From an uncultured archaeon (GTDB lineage Archaea; Asgardarchaeota; Thorarchaeia; Thorarchaeales; Thorarchaeaceae): a stretch of 17,338 bases of DNA. How positions within the stretch are numbered: the stretch's first letter is position 1; each line of letters opens with the position of its first letter. The stretch is from contig CAZPWM010000067.1 of assembly GCA_964590575.1 (NCBI GenBank), positions 1-17,338 of the forward strand, in the 5' to 3' direction. Below, piece by piece: positions 16,390 through 17,338 of this stretch. A model generated the notes under the pieces. The model did no database searches. It was not told the DNA's origin and saw only the letters and a list, made by a program, of their open reading frames with translations. A program made the position numbers and the translations under genes.

Positions 16390-17338
16390 ATGCCTGATCT
16401 GAGTGTCCTTATAGTTGAAGATTCGGAGGATGATACTGAACTCATAGTTCTTGAGCTTCAGCGAGAGGGGTATGATATTCAGTATCAGCAGATCACATCC
16501 AAAGAAGAAATGCTTGCAGCTATGCATTCTATCCTTTTTGACGTAGTACTCTGTGATTACAAGATGCCGAACTTCAATGGATTGGAGGCACTTAAAGTAT
16601 GGAAAGAACTTGGCTCTCTGCAGCCATTCATAATTGTGTCAGGGACTATTGGCGAAGAAGCAGCAGTTGAAGCGTTAAAGATGGGCGCCAATGATTATGT
16701 CATGAAAGATAACATTGTCAAACTGGGTTCAGCTGTAGACCGTGCCCTCCGAGAAATGGAGGAAACTCGAAAGAGGATTGAAGCAGAACAGGCTCTGATG
16801 GAGAGTGAACAACAGTATAGAACTCTCCTCTCAAACCTGCCAAGTGCTGTCTATAGATGCAAAATGGATGAGGCTTGGACGATGTTGTTTCTCAGCGAGG
16901 CTATCGAAGACATTGTAGGTTACAAAGCTGAGGATTTCATTGGGAACAAAGTTCGTACATATATGAGCTTGATATTTCCCGACGACCGCGAACAAGTCCG
17001 AATGGAGGTCGAGAAAGCTGTCAAGAATAAAACTACTTTCATGATTGAGTATCGAGTGCACCATTCTAATGGTGAAATAAAATGGATAAAGGAAAAGGGT
17101 GTTGGTATTTGGGATGATAGCGAAAATCTATCTTATATAGATGGAGTACTTGAGGATATTACTCCTCGGAAAGAGATGGAGGGGGTACTCATACGTCGGG
17201 AAGAGTGGTTTCGAGCCATCTTTGATGAGTCGCCCATCGCCATCAACGTGTTCGACAAGAATGGTGAGATGGTCCTGGCAAATCGTGCGTGCCTGGACAT
17301 GTTTGGGGTGAAGGCGACCTCTGACTTTCAGGGGCTCA
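16390..17338 (+). CDS. REC-PAS-PAS signal transduction protein, 3'-truncated by the window edge
   Basis: Not in the ORF track; hand translation from ATG 16390 after a GAGGTGA SD: MPDLSVLIVEDSEDD...VLCDYKMPNFNG...IIVSGTIGEE...DYVMKD (receiver); YRTLLSNLPSAVYRC...IFPDD...EYRV...EDITPRK (PAS/PAC); FRAIFDESPIAINVFD (second PAS). It is open to the edge. Confidence 0.92.
   Translation, partial: MPDLSVLIVEDSEDDTELIVLELQREGYDIQYQQITSKEEMLAAMHSILFDVVLCDYKMPNFNGLEALKVWKELGSLQPFIIVSGTIGEEAAVEALKMGANDYVMKDNIVKLGSAVDRALREMEETRKRIEAEQALMESEQQYRTLLSNLPSAVYRCKMDEAWTMLFLSEAIEDIVGYKAEDFIGNKVRTYMSLIFPDDREQVRMEVEKAVKNKTTFMIEYRVHHSNGEIKWIKEKGVGIWDDSENLSYIDGVLEDITPRKEMEGVLIRREEWFRAIFDESPIAINVFDKNGEMVLANRACLDMFGVKATSDFQGL

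Noticed and set aside
1-17338. Integrase, transposase, tRNA or rRNA genes
   Set aside because: None is recognisable by eye in this window. An integrase could lie outside it.

Overview
This looks like an archaeal accessory region. The GGTGA/GGAGG ribosome-binding motifs, overlapping genes, MNT-HEPN pair and MASE3/PAS kinases suggest an archaeon, possibly Asgard/Thorarchaeia, but the taxonomy is inference only. Left to right: (1) a divergent HTH/Cys regulator and a partial membrane protein; (2) a coupled gene pair encoding a membrane-anchored HerA/VirB4-like (DUF87-type) ATPase and a ~1270-aa protein with a very acidic N-terminus, four tandem HTH-like modules and an intact double-motif LAGLIDADG domain without intein splicing domains; (3) an acyl-CoA carboxylase beta subunit (pccB/mmdA family) with an atypical, compositionally distinct active-site patch; (4) two further, synonymously diverged copies of the pccB 3' end, each preceded by cargo (a small membrane protein; an MNT-HEPN toxin-antitoxin pair), forming a cassette-like array; (5) a two-component cluster: a MASE3 kinase, a PAS kinase with a damaged ATP pocket, an Rcp1-like receiver and a partial REC-PAS-PAS protein. 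The best candidates for new biology are the pccB-tip cassette array and the ATPase plus giant LAGLIDADG pair, which may be functionally linked.
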